Shown: positions 1-11,506, counted from the first letter of the stretch. The stretch: DNA of 64,000 bases from an uncultured Gammaproteobacteria bacterium (GCA_964569575.1 CAZMTL010000004.1:8959-72958), one strand, 5' to 3'. The notes: generated by a model from the letters alone, not told the origin. Translations and numbers: made by a program.

Positions 1-88
1 GCATGTAAGAATTTCGCACAATACAACTCTATCGCACTCCCAATTCTAATCAAACACGCCTGTGGAAAACATGCTATACTGAACGGAC

Positions 89-1282
89 ATGAAAAAATTC
101 CTCTTACTTGGATTACTCCTCGGTATCGGCCTAGGCATTTACGGAATTTTCAGGCACTCAAACGTGAATGCTCGCGAAAAACAAGAAGAAAACATCGAAA
201 CCACCGAACCACAAATCCAAATCACCACAAACAGCTACACCATTCAAGACGGTGACACGTTCACAAAAGCCGCAGAACAACTTGAAATACCCTACAGCGA
301 AGCGCTAGCGATTGTAGAGGCCGCAACAGACACATTCGACTTCACTCGCGTACGAATTGGAAAAACACTTTCGATCGTATTCGAGGACGGCGTGCGAAAA
401 CGATTGGAATATGAACCAGACAACGAACGAGTGATCGTTGTCGACCTGCAAAACAACTACGCAACCACAGAAAAGCCAATCGAATACAACGTCGAACTCA
501 CAACCGCGCAGGTAACCATTCAGGAATCCATGTTTCTCTCTGGCGTAAATGCAGGGGTTCCAGAAACAGTCATTCTCGACATGGCAGAGATATTCGCTTG
601 GGAAATCGATTTCGCGACTCAGACGCAAACAGGCGATTCATTCCAAGTACTCTACGAAAAACGAACACGGAACGGCCAAGAATCCACACCCGGAAAAGTA
701 CTCGCTGCCACATTCACAAACCGTGGATCTGTTTCGAGCGCTTTCCGCTTCGAAACAGAAGAAAAAGCCGGCTATTACGACGCTGCGGGCAACAGCTTGG
801 TGCGTCCGTTCTTAAAAGCTCCCCTTTCCTACTCCCGAATCACATCCGGATTCAGCTACTCGCGATTTCACCCAGTTCTTGGCACAAACACCATGCACCG
901 CGCCATCGACTACGCTGCGCCGCTTGGAACGCCAATCATGGCCGTTGGAGACGGGACCATTACTTACCTGGGCTACAACGGTGGGTACGGAAACTATATC
1001 GACATCCGCCACAACGCCACATTCGAAACGCAATACGCGCATTTAAGTTCGTATGCGCAAGGATTACGCGCCGGAAGTCGCGTAACACAAGGACAAGTCA
1101 TCGGATATGTCGGATCAACCGGCTACTCAACTGGACCGCACCTTCACTATCAAGTTGAAGTAAACGGCGAACTAGTGAACCCACTCGAAGTAGAATTCCC
1201 AAGTGGAGACGCTATCGCGGAAGAATACAAACCTGCATTCGACCAAAAACGAAGCGAACTCGAACAACTTCTCCAAAATTAA
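89..1282 (+). CDS. M23 family metallopeptidase with N-terminal signal anchor
   Basis: 397-aa ORF; M23 motifs HRAIDYAAPLGTP and GSTGYSTGPHLHYQV; hydrophobic N-terminus MKKFLLLGLLLGIGLGIYGIF. Confidence 0.85.
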   Translation: MKKFLLLGLLLGIGLGIYGIFRHSNVNAREKQEENIETTEPQIQITTNSYTIQDGDTFTKAAEQLEIPYSEALAIVEAATDTFDFTRVRIGKTLSIVFEDGVRKRLEYEPDNERVIVVDLQNNYATTEKPIEYNVELTTAQVTIQESMFLSGVNAGVPETVILDMAEIFAWEIDFATQTQTGDSFQVLYEKRTRNGQESTPGKVLAATFTNRGSVSSAFRFETEEKAGYYDAAGNSLVRPFLKAPLSYSRITSGFSYSRFHPVLGTNTMHRAIDYAAPLGTPIMAVGDGTITYLGYNGGYGNYIDIRHNATFETQYAHLSSYAQGLRAGSRVTQGQVIGYVGSTGYSTGPHLHYQVEVNGELVNPLEVEFPSGDAIAEEYKPAFDQKRSELEQLLQN

Positions 1283-1308
1283 AAATCACCGGTTTGGTGA
1301 TTTTTAAT
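1283..1308. terminator. bidirectional intrinsic terminator
   Basis: atcacc-ggttt-ggtgat hairpin with an A-run before and a T-run after; lies between convergent genes. Confidence 0.6.
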
Positions 1309-1321
1309 TTACTTCTAAATG

Positions 1322-1636
1322 CTATTTAAACTTTACCGCTGTTCCATAAGCCAAAATCTCGGCCGCGCCCTGCATTACTTGTGAAGTTGAATAGCGCGCA
1401 CAAACAATGGCATCTGCCCCCAAATTCGTCGCTTCCTTCACCATACGTTCAGTCGCTTGATCACGAGCAGAACTAAGCATATTTGTATATTCACTAATCT
1501 CCCCACCGATAATCGACTTAAGTCCCGCCATAATATCGTTTCCAATGTGCTTCGCTTGAATTGTATTCCCCCGTACAAGCCCAAGAACCTCACCTACTTC
1601 TTTCCCTGGAATTGTTTCGATTGTAGTAATCATCAT
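1322..1636 (-). CDS. YbjQ/UPF0145 family protein
   Basis: MMITTIETIPGKEV...GGEISEYTNMLSSARDQA...YGTAVKF matches the YbjQ family pattern; start moved to the first ATG of the ATGATG pair at 1636. Confidence 0.8.
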   Translation of the reverse strand: MMITTIETIPGKEVGEVLGLVRGNTIQAKHIGNDIMAGLKSIIGGEISEYTNMLSSARDQATERMVKEATNLGADAIVCARYSTSQVMQGAAEILAYGTAVKFK

Positions 1637-1721
1637 AGATCTACACTGTAACAAATCACTCCCAGAACAGCTAGACTTGAGTTATGAAGAAAAAATGATA
1701 TGATTTTAGCAGGAGGAGACT

Positions 1722-1898
1722 TTGAAAAAACAAGGAAACAAAACTGGGGACGGAAACGATGCCCCAAGCTCACCCAACCGTGACAACCACTGGATCACCG
1801 ACGAGATGATTCGTGACGCGTGGAGACACCAACAGCAACAACCACGACCAACGTGGGACAACAGCTACGAAGAGGGTTCAGACGAATCCAAGAACTGA
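1722..1898 (+). CDS. small hypothetical protein (58 aa, TTG start), below the ORF-track cutoff
   Basis: AGGAGG at 1711-1716, five nt before TTG 1722; open frame to TGA 1896-1898; translation MKKQGNKTGDGNDAPSSPNRDNHWITDEMIRDAWRHQQQQPRPTWDNSYEEGSDESKN; no homology recognised. Confidence 0.25.
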   Translation: MKKQGNKTGDGNDAPSSPNRDNHWITDEMIRDAWRHQQQQPRPTWDNSYEEGSDESKN

Positions 1899-1936
1899 AC
1901 AACGGCCGCTCCACCCGGGGCGGCAAAACCATTTTT

Positions 1937-2434
1937 ATGAGAGTACCGACAAGAAAATCTGAACAAGATCGCCACGCCCTGCAAAGCAACGACCCGCTTT
2001 ACATCACAAAAGAAGGCATCGCAAAAATGAAACGAACAGCGGAGCGAATCAAGAAAGAACTCCCAGAACTACGCGCCGAAGTAACGCGCACGCAGGAAAT
2101 GGGAGATTTATCAGAAAACGCCGCCTACCAAGAAGCGAAACACACGTTACGCAGAAAGCAGTCACAACTAGAACGCATTGAGGAAGAATTAAAACAAGTG
2201 ATCGAAATTCAAACATCGGGCAACGAACAGGTTCAATTAGGCTCGCAGGTAACGGTATTATTCGGAAATGAAGAGAAGATCTTCGAAATGGTCGGCGAAC
2301 AAGAAGCAAACCCCTTCAAAAACCGTATCTCGCACAAATCACCCCTAGGCGCACAGCTTGTAGGCAAAAAGACAGGCGACCAATTCGAATTCGGACCAAA
2401 ATCAATCGTCGTTATCGTAAAAACAATCAAATAA
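1937..2434 (+). CDS. greA: transcription elongation factor GreA
   Basis: LYITKEGIAKMK...ELPELRAEV...GDLSENAAYQEAK coiled-coil plus C-terminal domain; first ATG is at 1937 (the track start at 1820 is GTG and overlaps the small ORF). Confidence 0.85.
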   Translation: MRVPTRKSEQDRHALQSNDPLYITKEGIAKMKRTAERIKKELPELRAEVTRTQEMGDLSENAAYQEAKHTLRRKQSQLERIEEELKQVIEIQTSGNEQVQLGSQVTVLFGNEEKIFEMVGEQEANPFKNRISHKSPLGAQLVGKKTGDQFEFGPKSIVVIVKTIK

Positions 2435-2435
2435 A

Positions 2436-2466
2436 AAATCAGGCCGTAACAGCCTGATTTTTTTAC
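2436..2466. terminator. bidirectional intrinsic terminator
   Basis: atcaggc-cgtaaca-gcctgat hairpin flanked by A-run and T-run between greA(+) and the DsbA-like gene(-). Confidence 0.6.
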
Positions 2467-2472
2467 TATACG

Positions 2473-3201
2473 TTACTTCGCCAATTCTGCATCAACCAAT
2501 GCCTTCAACTGATCGTACGGCACTGCTCCCGAAACTAACTGACCATTTACGAAGGTAGCCGGTGTTCCTGTTACGCCTGCTGCGACTCCAGACGCGTAAT
2601 CCGCGTCCACAATGTCGGCATACTTTTCAGAATCATAACAATCCTGGAACTGCGTTGTGTTCAAACCTAGATCACCTGCAAGATCGATGTAATATGCATC
2701 GTTCAACAATGCTTGATTTGCCATCAACGTATCACCGTATTCCCAGAACTTACCTTGTTCCGCCGCACATTCCGACGCAAGAGCTGCTGGTCGAGCCTGA
2801 GGGTGGAAAGAAAGTGGGAAATGTCGGTACACCCAAGCCACATCTTCGCCATACTCTTCAACTAATCGAACCATGGAAGGATGATGACGTTCGCAGAACG
2901 GACATTCAAAATCTGAATACTCTACCAATACAACCTTCGCCTTATTGATATCTCCTCGAATGTGTTCATCTTCCTGAACAGCCGCGAGCGTACCACTAGG
3001 CTGAGGCGTACCAGTATTTGTTCCTGTGTTCGTTCCAGTATTCGTCGGAACGGTTCGTCCACCATTATTCGATCCATTTGCCCCAAACGACGGAAGACTA
3101 AATCCTCCACCAAGCACTGCCGTTACCGCAATACCTGTCACCAATCCGAAAAGAAAAATCATCTTCGGGTTACCGTCAAAAAAACCTTTACTTTCTTGCA
3201 T
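2473..3201 (-). CDS. DsbA-family thiol:disulfide oxidoreductase, membrane anchored
   Basis: Thioredoxin-fold CPFC active site in VVLVEYSDFECPFCERHHP; TM anchor IFLFGLVTGIAVTAVLGG; start could be ATG 3201 or 3162. Confidence 0.8.
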   Translation of the reverse strand: MQESKGFFDGNPKMIFLFGLVTGIAVTAVLGGGFSLPSFGANGSNNGGRTVPTNTGTNTGTNTGTPQPSGTLAAVQEDEHIRGDINKAKVVLVEYSDFECPFCERHHPSMVRLVEEYGEDVAWVYRHFPLSFHPQARPAALASECAAEQGKFWEYGDTLMANQALLNDAYYIDLAGDLGLNTTQFQDCYDSEKYADIVDADYASGVAAGVTGTPATFVNGQLVSGAVPYDQLKALVDAELAK

Positions 3202-3943
3202 AATTTTTTCGTAAAAAATTAATTCCGTACACAACTCCGAACAGTACAAGAACGATACACATGTACTGCGCCGGCGTCAGTCCCCAGTATTTTACATCAG
3301 CTGCACGGTAGAAGTCTAGAAAGAAACGCACAGCCCCATACCAAATAGAAAAGATCGCAATATACGAACCAACAGGAGCGCGCTTCTTAGCCAAAAAAAG
3401 AAACACCAAACTCATCGCTAGGCCATTTAACGAAAGATATAGTCCATGATCGTGACGCACGATCCCGTCCGGATACTCAACGCCAAGAACAAAATCCGTC
3501 GCCGTACCAGGGTGATCATGAATCAAAAAACACCCTATTCTTCCAATCCACAACCCAAACGGCAACCCAAAAATCAACGAATCACTATACATCCAAGGGT
3601 CCAATTGATGTTTTCGAAAATACCAAAGCGCAATCACCAAACAAGCAATTAATCCCCCAAACAACGACATACCTCCCTGCCAAATAAACAAAATCTCGAT
3701 CGGATTCGCCAAAAAATACGCAGGCTCGTAAAACAACACGTGCCCCAGTCGACCACCAACTGCTGCTCCTAACACAAAAAGCACGGTCAAATCATACACG
3801 TGCTTTGTGTCTCCTCCTCGAAATCGAACCATCCGAGCCGCTACAAACGAACCAAGTAAAAATCCTAACGCAACAAACAGTCCCCAGACATGCAGAGTAA
3901 ATGGTCCTATCGCAATACTTGTCCATGAAAGATATGGGATCAT
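3188..3943 (-). CDS. lgt: prolipoprotein diacylglyceryl transferase
   Basis: Polytopic 251-aa protein with an Lgt-like N-terminus (IAIGPFTLHVWGLFVALGFLLG) and the GGMSLFGG motif; ATGA overlap with gatA. Confidence 0.85.
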   Translation of the reverse strand: MIPYLSWTSIAIGPFTLHVWGLFVALGFLLGSFVAARMVRFRGGDTKHVYDLTVLFVLGAAVGGRLGHVLFYEPAYFLANPIEILFIWQGGMSLFGGLIACLVIALWYFRKHQLDPWMYSDSLIFGLPFGLWIGRIGCFLIHDHPGTATDFVLGVEYPDGIVRHDHGLYLSLNGLAMSLVFLFLAKKRAPVGSYIAIFSIWYGAVRFFLDFYRAADVKYWGLTPAQYMCIVLVLFGVVYGINFLRKNYARK

Positions 3944-5373
3944 GAAGGCATGTTTGAGTGCCAGTCTGTCAACGATTGATACGCATGCGCAACCGCCAAC
4001 ACCTTCGCGTCAGCCTTGTACGCTCCAATAAACTGAACGCCTACAGGCAAATTCTGTGCAAAACCACACGGAACAGAAATCGCGGGAATCCCGGCAATAT
4101 TCGCCGTAGTAGTAAAGATGTCAGAAAGATACATCGTAACCGGATCATTGAATTTTTCATCAATCTTCCAAGCAACCGAAGGAGACGTTGGCGTCAACAG
4201 TACATCCACCTGCTTAAACACCTCAGCAAATTCCTGCGAAATAGCTGTCTTTACCGCAACCGCCTTTTTGTAATACGCGTCGTAATAACCAGCCGACAAA
4301 ATATACGTTCCAAGCATAATTCGACGCTTCACCTCTGCGCCAAATCCCGCGCCTCGTGCCTTAACATAACTATCAAGCAATCCACCTTCAGCACGCGTTC
4401 CATATCGCATCCCATCAAAACGAGCCAAATTCGAACTTGCTTCAGCCGGTTGCAAAATATAGTACGCAGGCAAAGAATATTGCGTTAGCGGCAAACTTAC
4501 CTCCACAAACTCTGCGCCAGCTGTTTTCAACACCTCAATAGCCTCTAGTACACGTGAACGAACTTCCCCGTCCATCCCATCAATAAAATATTCTTTTGGA
4601 ACACCAATTTTTAATCCAGCTACCGAAGAAGAGAGAAGCTCGGAAGGAACAACTTCAGACGGCAACGTAGTCGCATCGTGTGCATCTTCACCAGAAATAA
4701 CTTCGTACACCATCGCTGCATCTTCAACCGTACGAGTAATCGGTCCAATTTGATCAAGTGTTGAAGCAAGTGCAATCAACCCGTAACGCGAAACACGTCC
4801 ATAAGTAGGTTTAAATCCAGTCACACCACACAATGCAGCCGGCTGACGAATTGATCCACCTGTATCTGAACCAAGAGCCACAGGAACCATTCCTGCCGCT
4901 ACCGCTGCAACCGAGCCACCCGAAGAACCTCCAGGAATGCGTTCCAAATCCCAAGGATTTTTCGTCTTCTGAAAAGCCGACGTTTCGGTAGAAGACCCCA
5001 TTGCGAATTCGTCCATGTTCACGCGGCCAATCAAAATTGCACCAGCTGCAATCAAACGATCAATCACAGTCGCGTTATACGTACTTACATAATCCTCCAA
5101 CATCTTCGAGCCCGAACTCGCATGCTTTCCAACCTGACAAAGATTATCCTTCACTGCCACCGGCACACCTGCTAATCGCGGCAATTCTTCTCCGGCCGCA
5201 ATCATCGCATCAATTTCTTTTGCACGCGTTCGAGCGTCGTCTGCATACACTTCTAAAAAAGCTCCGACAGCGGAATCCTTCTCTTCGATCACCTTCAACG
5301 AAGCTTCTACCACATCAACCGCAGTAAGCGATTTGTTTCGAAGACCGTCGTAAATTTGTTTTACAGTATACAT
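3940..5373 (-). CDS. gatA: Asp/Glu-tRNA amidotransferase subunit A
   Basis: 477 aa; amidase signature [14 protein letters not shown]...[12 protein letters not shown]. Confidence 0.95.
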   Translation of the reverse strand: MYTVKQIYDGLRNKSLTAVDVVEASLKVIEEKDSAVGAFLEVYADDARTRAKEIDAMIAAGEELPRLAGVPVAVKDNLCQVGKHASSGSKMLEDYVSTYNATVIDRLIAAGAILIGRVNMDEFAMGSSTETSAFQKTKNPWDLERIPGGSSGGSVAAVAAGMVPVALGSDTGGSIRQPAALCGVTGFKPTYGRVSRYGLIALASTLDQIGPITRTVEDAAMVYEVISGEDAHDATTLPSEVVPSELLSSSVAGLKIGVPKEYFIDGMDGEVRSRVLEAIEVLKTAGAEFVEVSLPLTQYSLPAYYILQPAEASSNLARFDGMRYGTRAEGGLLDSYVKARGAGFGAEVKRRIMLGTYILSAGYYDAYYKKAVAVKTAISQEFAEVFKQVDVLLTPTSPSVAWKIDEKFNDPVTMYLSDIFTTTANIAGIPAISVPCGFAQNLPVGVQFIGAYKADAKVLAVAHAYQSLTDWHSNMPS

Positions 5374-5375
5374 AA

Positions 5376-5663
5376 TTATTCAAATACAGCAGGAACCTGC
5401 AATGCACCACCTTTTTCATTAGGAAACGAATCAATCAAGCGCGCGCGCTCAGTCTCGTTTTGCTCAACCACATCATCTCGAAAAACATTCTGACGATCAG
5501 AAAGGTACGCCTTTGCCTCAACATTCGAAGTATCCACTTCCTGCAATTTACCAATATATTCCAAAATACGCGGCATCTGCGCCTTTAGCATTTCTTTCTC
5601 TTCCGAACTTAGCTCCAGATAAGCCAGTTTAGACAATCGTTCAATATCAAATACATCTTTCAT
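5376..5663 (-). CDS. gatC: Asp/Glu-tRNA amidotransferase subunit C
   Basis: 95 aa, immediately upstream of gatA; typical GatC size and ...LAYLELSSEEKEML... pattern. Confidence 0.85.
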   Translation of the reverse strand: MKDVFDIERLSKLAYLELSSEEKEMLKAQMPRILEYIGKLQEVDTSNVEAKAYLSDRQNVFRDDVVEQNETERARLIDSFPNEKGGALQVPAVFE

Positions 5664-5672
5664 AGGTACAAT

Positions 5673-7716
<2,044 letters not shown>

Positions 7717-7718
7717 TT

Positions 7719-7898
7719 TTACAACAATCCAGCTTCAGAAAAATGTAATCGTGAATCGGTTCCAATAACCATGTCCGTACTCTGAATCACGAGCACTTCG
7801 TCTGCCTTCTCGGCCGTTGGACGAATAATCGTGAAGAATATCCCAATAAACACGATAATAAACACGAATCCCAGCGCCGTTGATGCAAATAATTTCAT
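7719..7898 (-). CDS. small single-pass membrane protein (59 aa), below the ORF-track cutoff
   Basis: ATG at 7898; MKLFASTALGFVFIIVFIGIFFTIIRPTAEKADEVLVIQSTDMVIGTDSRLHFSEAGLL; clear TM helix and its own terminator; preferred over the overlapping 63-aa ORF 7735..7926. Confidence 0.4.
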   Translation of the reverse strand: MKLFASTALGFVFIIVFIGIFFTIIRPTAEKADEVLVIQSTDMVIGTDSRLHFSEAGLL

Positions 7899-7957
7899 AA
7901 GAAATGGCTACTGAATTAACACACAATAATAGCAGAAAAAAGGCGTTTTGTCAATGT

Positions 7958-7998
7958 AAACACGAAACCCCCGCCACACACGTGTAGTGCGGCAGGGG
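7958..7998 (-). terminator. intrinsic terminator of GC island A
   Basis: On the minus strand CCCCUGCCGCAC-uacacgu-GUGUGGCGGGGG forms a 12-bp stem with two G:U pairs, followed by UUUCGUGUUU. Confidence 0.65.
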
Positions 7999-8003
7999 TC
8001 AGG

Positions 8004-8288
8004 CTACGAGTCAAACGTCTCGGTGCGAAGCTCCAACCCGTTCCAAACAGGCTGAAAGATCGCATCGTGATCATTTGATCCCTCGCGATAAACTCCAATC
8101 CGTTGACCTTCGGGAAGGATGATCAACAGCTGGCCCTTACGCGGATCGTAGCGAAGAACTACCAGGCCCTCCACTCCTGTCGACCGAATGATCGCTTCCA
8201 CCCGATCGAGCAGGTGAATGGCGGTACACTCGACACCGGCACGGAGTATGAAGCGGATCTCCCGCTGAACAGACTCTGTCAGACGCAC
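8004..8288 (-). CDS. hypothetical protein (94 aa), GC island A, second gene
   Basis: GTG start overlapping the upstream ORF stop by 10 nt (GAGTGCGTCTGA); GC-rich; no family recognised. Confidence 0.5.
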   Translation of the reverse strand: MRLTESVQREIRFILRAGVECTAIHLLDRVEAIIRSTGVEGLVVLRYDPRKGQLLIILPEGQRIGVYREGSNDHDAIFQPVWNGLELRTETFDS

Positions 8289-8545
8289 TCGCGGAACGTC
8301 GCCTCGTGCATCTGAAGGAACGACTCCAGCGGATCGGGGCTGACGGGCCGAATGGGCCGGCGCACCTTGGATCCATCGATCTCGACAACGATCTCGAACG
8401 ACTCGTCATCGAAGAACACCTCAGCCTCCAGACCGAGCTCGTAGAGAACCCGCTGGACGACGTCCTCGTCGAGCGAATCCTGCTCGAGCAGCTTCACGAT
8501 CACCACTCCAACATCGGCAGACGAACACACGCGCCTTGCGACCAT
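8279..8545 (-). CDS. acidic hypothetical protein (88 aa), GC island A, first gene
   Basis: AGGAGAGG SD four nt before ATG 8545; hand-counted GC3 71/88 (about 81%); no family recognised. Confidence 0.65.
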   Translation of the reverse strand: MVARRVCSSADVGVVIVKLLEQDSLDEDVVQRVLYELGLEAEVFFDDESFEIVVEIDGSKVRRPIRPVSPDPLESFLQMHEATFRECV

Positions 8546-8644
8546 GACCTCTCCTGAAAAACGGCATTATCGCCTCGAAAAAGACAAATATTCTCTTCTT
8601 CAAGCCAACCAAGAATACAAATGCACTCTTGCTAATAACGAAAG

Positions 8645-8673
8645 AACATAACAAAAAAATGGCCCTCTGTCAA
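8645..8673 (-). promoter_or_regulatory. sigma70-type promoter for island A
   Basis: Minus strand TTGACA-N17-TATGTT; the -35 lies in the loop of the weak hairpin that follows the pilD stop. Confidence 0.45.
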
Positions 8674-8686
8674 CCAAAAAGCCAAA

Positions 8687-9475
8687 TTACACTCCTAAAT
8701 ACCAACCAAGAATCCATTCTCCAAAAAACATCACGAACACAATAGCGCAGGCCATAAACGTTCCGAATGGTACATGGCTCGAAAGCGCACGCTTCTTACT
8801 AAGCACCAAAAGCAATCCACCAATCCCACCAAAAATATAACTAAACAACAACGCCAACAAACCTAACTGCGGGCCAAGCAAAAACCCCATCAACAACCCC
8901 ATACGCACATCCCCATCACCAACCCACTTCCCTTGCGAAATCAGGTACTGAACGGCAAAAAACGTTCCAATCAGCAATCCTCCCAACACAAACCACACAA
9001 TAGAAGCACCAAGCGCCAAATTGAATATCAAGATAGCCAAAATCGCCGGCACCGAAAACCGATCTAAAATAACCGAAAAACGATAATCATACACAAAGAT
9101 CACCATCAAAAACGACACCACCACAACATCTCGAACAAACAGCAAAATTAATTCGGACGAATCAACGAATTCAGGAATGCCAAACCCAAGCGCCACACGC
9201 AAAAACAACAACGTGGTCAAAATTCCCATTGCAAGCTCGACCGCCGGGTACTGCCACTCAATCACCGTCGCACACGAACGACATCGTCCTCGCAACGAAA
9301 TATAACTCACCACCGGAATCGTATCCAAAAAGGCAATCGGCTCTAAACACGTGTGACAGGTTGATTTCGGTTTTAACAACGCCGCATCTGCCTTTGTGCG
9401 AAAAATAACCACATTCAACAATCCGCCGATCGCAATCCCGAGTAATGCCGAAAGAATAATGCCAAGAACAATCAT
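8687..9475 (-). CDS. pilD: prepilin peptidase (A24 family)
   Basis: Cys-rich N-terminal CHTCLEPI...RGRCRSC, polytopic membrane protein, catalytic-Asp region GDGDVRMGLLMGFLLG; ATG 9475 abuts the pilin stop. Confidence 0.85.
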   Translation of the reverse strand: MIVLGIILSALLGIAIGGLLNVVIFRTKADAALLKPKSTCHTCLEPIAFLDTIPVVSYISLRGRCRSCATVIEWQYPAVELAMGILTTLLFLRVALGFGIPEFVDSSELILLFVRDVVVVSFLMVIFVYDYRFSVILDRFSVPAILAILIFNLALGASIVWFVLGGLLIGTFFAVQYLISQGKWVGDGDVRMGLLMGFLLGPQLGLLALLFSYIFGGIGGLLLVLSKKRALSSHVPFGTFMACAIVFVMFFGEWILGWYLGV

Positions 9476-9476
9476 A

Positions 9477-9983
9477 TTAATTCGAAAGTAGAATTTGTCG
9501 ACATGCGCCCGATTCAAAACCAGTCTCGGTTGCACAATTCAATCCCTTGCTCAAACCAAGAATCGCATTGTCCTTCTCGAGCTCGAACTGAATTCGATAC
9601 GTTTCCTCGTTCGCTGCGTAACAATACGCATTCGATGCTTCGGAACACTGCGAAAGCTCTCGCAGTCCGCGCTGAGGAGGCGAAAACACAACTTCCATAT
9701 ATGTTTGTTCAGCACGCGCACAAGCACCCACAAAGCCATCAACCCCCAAGCAGCGCGTCGAAGGCCATCCAAGCGCAATGTATTCCGGAGAAACAGGAAA
9801 TTCGCTCGTATCATGATAATACAGTTCTAACGCAACCTGCGTTTGACGCACATCCGAAAGCCGAACGGCGTCCCGCATCTGCGCTCGCGCACTCGACAAC
9901 ACCAACACAGTAATCAATCCCAAGATCGCAAGCACCGAAGTAGCGATCAACAATTCAATTCTTGTAATTCCTGACTGAGTCAT
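9477..9983 (-). CDS. type IV pilin-like protein
   Basis: Class III signal MTQSG/ITRIELLIATSVLAILGLI with Glu at +5; 168 aa. Confidence 0.75.
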   Translation of the reverse strand: MTQSGITRIELLIATSVLAILGLITVLVLSSARAQMRDAVRLSDVRQTQVALELYYHDTSEFPVSPEYIALGWPSTRCLGVDGFVGACARAEQTYMEVVFSPPQRGLRELSQCSEASNAYCYAANEETYRIQFELEKDNAILGLSKGLNCATETGFESGACRQILLSN

Positions 9984-9999
9984 ATGCTTTAGTATATCA

Positions 10000-10374
10000 C
10001 TATTGAAGTAACCGCTTTATCTTTTGAACAAACTCCTGTGGAAGAAAGTGACCGAGTAACAAAAAGTGGTCCACTCCATGCCTTAATGCCTGGTCAATGA
10101 ACTTTTTCTGAGCCGAATGAGCAAGAATCACCGTCTTCAAATTCAACAAAGACGGAATGCGTTTCATCGATTCCAAAGCAGCGATCGGATCAACGGTACA
10201 TTGAGCATCCAGTATGACAACATCCGGGTGAATTTTCGCCACCTTCTTCTGCGCTTCTTCCAATGTTTCATTCACATCCACTTCGATCCCCTCCTGCTCC
10301 AGCTTACGACCATAAATACCGGCTAAAAAACTATCGCACGCAATAATCATCACAAGAGGATCTTGTTTCGACAT
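10000..10374 (-). CDS. stand-alone receiver (REC) domain protein, atypical
   Basis: 124 aa from ATG 10374; CheY-like pattern MIIACDS...VVILDAQ...VILAHS, but the conserved Lys position reads GHF rather than KPF. Confidence 0.65.
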   Translation of the reverse strand: MSKQDPLVMIIACDSFLAGIYGRKLEQEGIEVDVNETLEEAQKKVAKIHPDVVILDAQCTVDPIAALESMKRIPSLLNLKTVILAHSAQKKFIDQALRHGVDHFLLLGHFLPQEFVQKIKRLLQ

Positions 10375-10375
10375 A

Positions 10376-11506
10376 CTAGTTCTTTTCCGTCTTCTTGAGC
10401 GCAAGCCCGGCTGCGACAGAAAAACGCGGACCAACTTCGTCCAACACCGCACCCAATCCTTTCGGCACCGAAACGCGCGCCCACGGATCACCCAAATACA
10501 CATTCATATTTAATGCAGACGTCAAAATCTGATCAATGTGCGGCAAATGCGCAGAGCCACCCGTAATCACAATCTTCTCAACAGTTGAACCCTGATGAAA
10601 TTCTTGCGCAGCAAAAAGTTCGAGCGAATACTTCACCTCGTGCAAAATCGGCTGCATCGCTTCTTGCAACACCGGAGGAATCGCTGCCCCGTTCGTAAAT
10701 GCTAAATCTAATTTCGTTTGCTCAGCTTCTTCCAAAGACACCCCCATCTGCTTCGAAATCAAACGAGTAATATTTCCGCCTCCCGCCTTTACCGAACGAT
10801 GCAAGAAAGGAATACCTTCGTGCACGATCGTAATATTTGTCCGTTCAAATCCAATATCGACAAGTAGAATCTTTTCCTTCGCTTCACCTACAAGCGAACG
10901 AATCAACGCAAACGCCTCAGTCTCCAGTCCGGTTAAATTCAATTTCGACAACTTAAAAATATCAATATACTTCTGTACCAAGGTCTTCGGGGCACCCGAA
11001 ACCAACACGCGTACATGTTCCGTATCCGTTGTTCGCTGACCAGCAGCCGCCTTTGCATCTGATTTTGCCGATTCCTTTTTTGATGAAATCGGATCAAGAA
11101 TCTGTGAATCCAAAATCATGTCTTGAACCGGAATAGCAAGCAATTTTTTTACTTGGGACTCAATTAACGGCTTCAAATCATCCTTCTTTTCTTTTGGAGC
11201 GGGGATCGTAATAATCGCATGAAAAACCGAATGACTTGGAAGCGACACATTCGCCTGAAGCGATTTCATGCCAGAACGTCGGTGAAGTTCATCAATCAAA
11301 CTTGCCGCGTATTTTGGCTGATCAAGTAAAGATGTTTGTGTTTTATCGCTCTGAGATGTCCAGTCGGTATAACCATACGACAAAAGACGAGATCGTCCAG
11401 ATTCTCGCGCAATTTCGCATGCCTTTATTCCCCCTGCTCCAACATCGATTCCTACGACACCAACATCATTTGATGGCTTCTTTTTTAAGAAAGAAAATAG
11501 TCCCAT
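10376..11506 (-). CDS. pilM: type IV pilus assembly protein PilM (actin-like ATPase fold)
   Basis: 376 aa; N-terminal VVGIDVGAGGIKACE phosphate-1 motif and a later LLVDIGFERTNI motif. Confidence 0.8.
   Translation of the reverse strand: MGLFSFLKKKPSNDVGVVGIDVGAGGIKACEIARESGRSRLLSYGYTDWTSQSDKTQTSLLDQPKYAASLIDELHRRSGMKSLQANVSLPSHSVFHAIITIPAPKEKKDDLKPLIESQVKKLLAIPVQDMILDSQILDPISSKKESAKSDAKAAAGQRTTDTEHVRVLVSGAPKTLVQKYIDIFKLSKLNLTGLETEAFALIRSLVGEAKEKILLVDIGFERTNITIVHEGIPFLHRSVKAGGGNITRLISKQMGVSLEEAEQTKLDLAFTNGAAIPPVLQEAMQPILHEVKYSLELFAAQEFHQGSTVEKIVITGGSAHLPHIDQILTSALNMNVYLGDPWARVSVPKGLGAVLDEVGPRFSVAAGLALKKTEKN

Noticed and set aside
7735-7926. 63-aa minus ORF from the track
   Set aside because: The overlapping frame starting at ATG 7898 gives a clean single-TM 59-aa protein ending just before a terminator. 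The 63-aa translation has no such features.
10375-10503. 43-codon N-terminal extension of the receiver-domain ORF
   Set aside because: It overlaps the 3' end of pilM in another frame and is Arg/Cys/Trp-rich. Receiver homology starts at ATG 10374.
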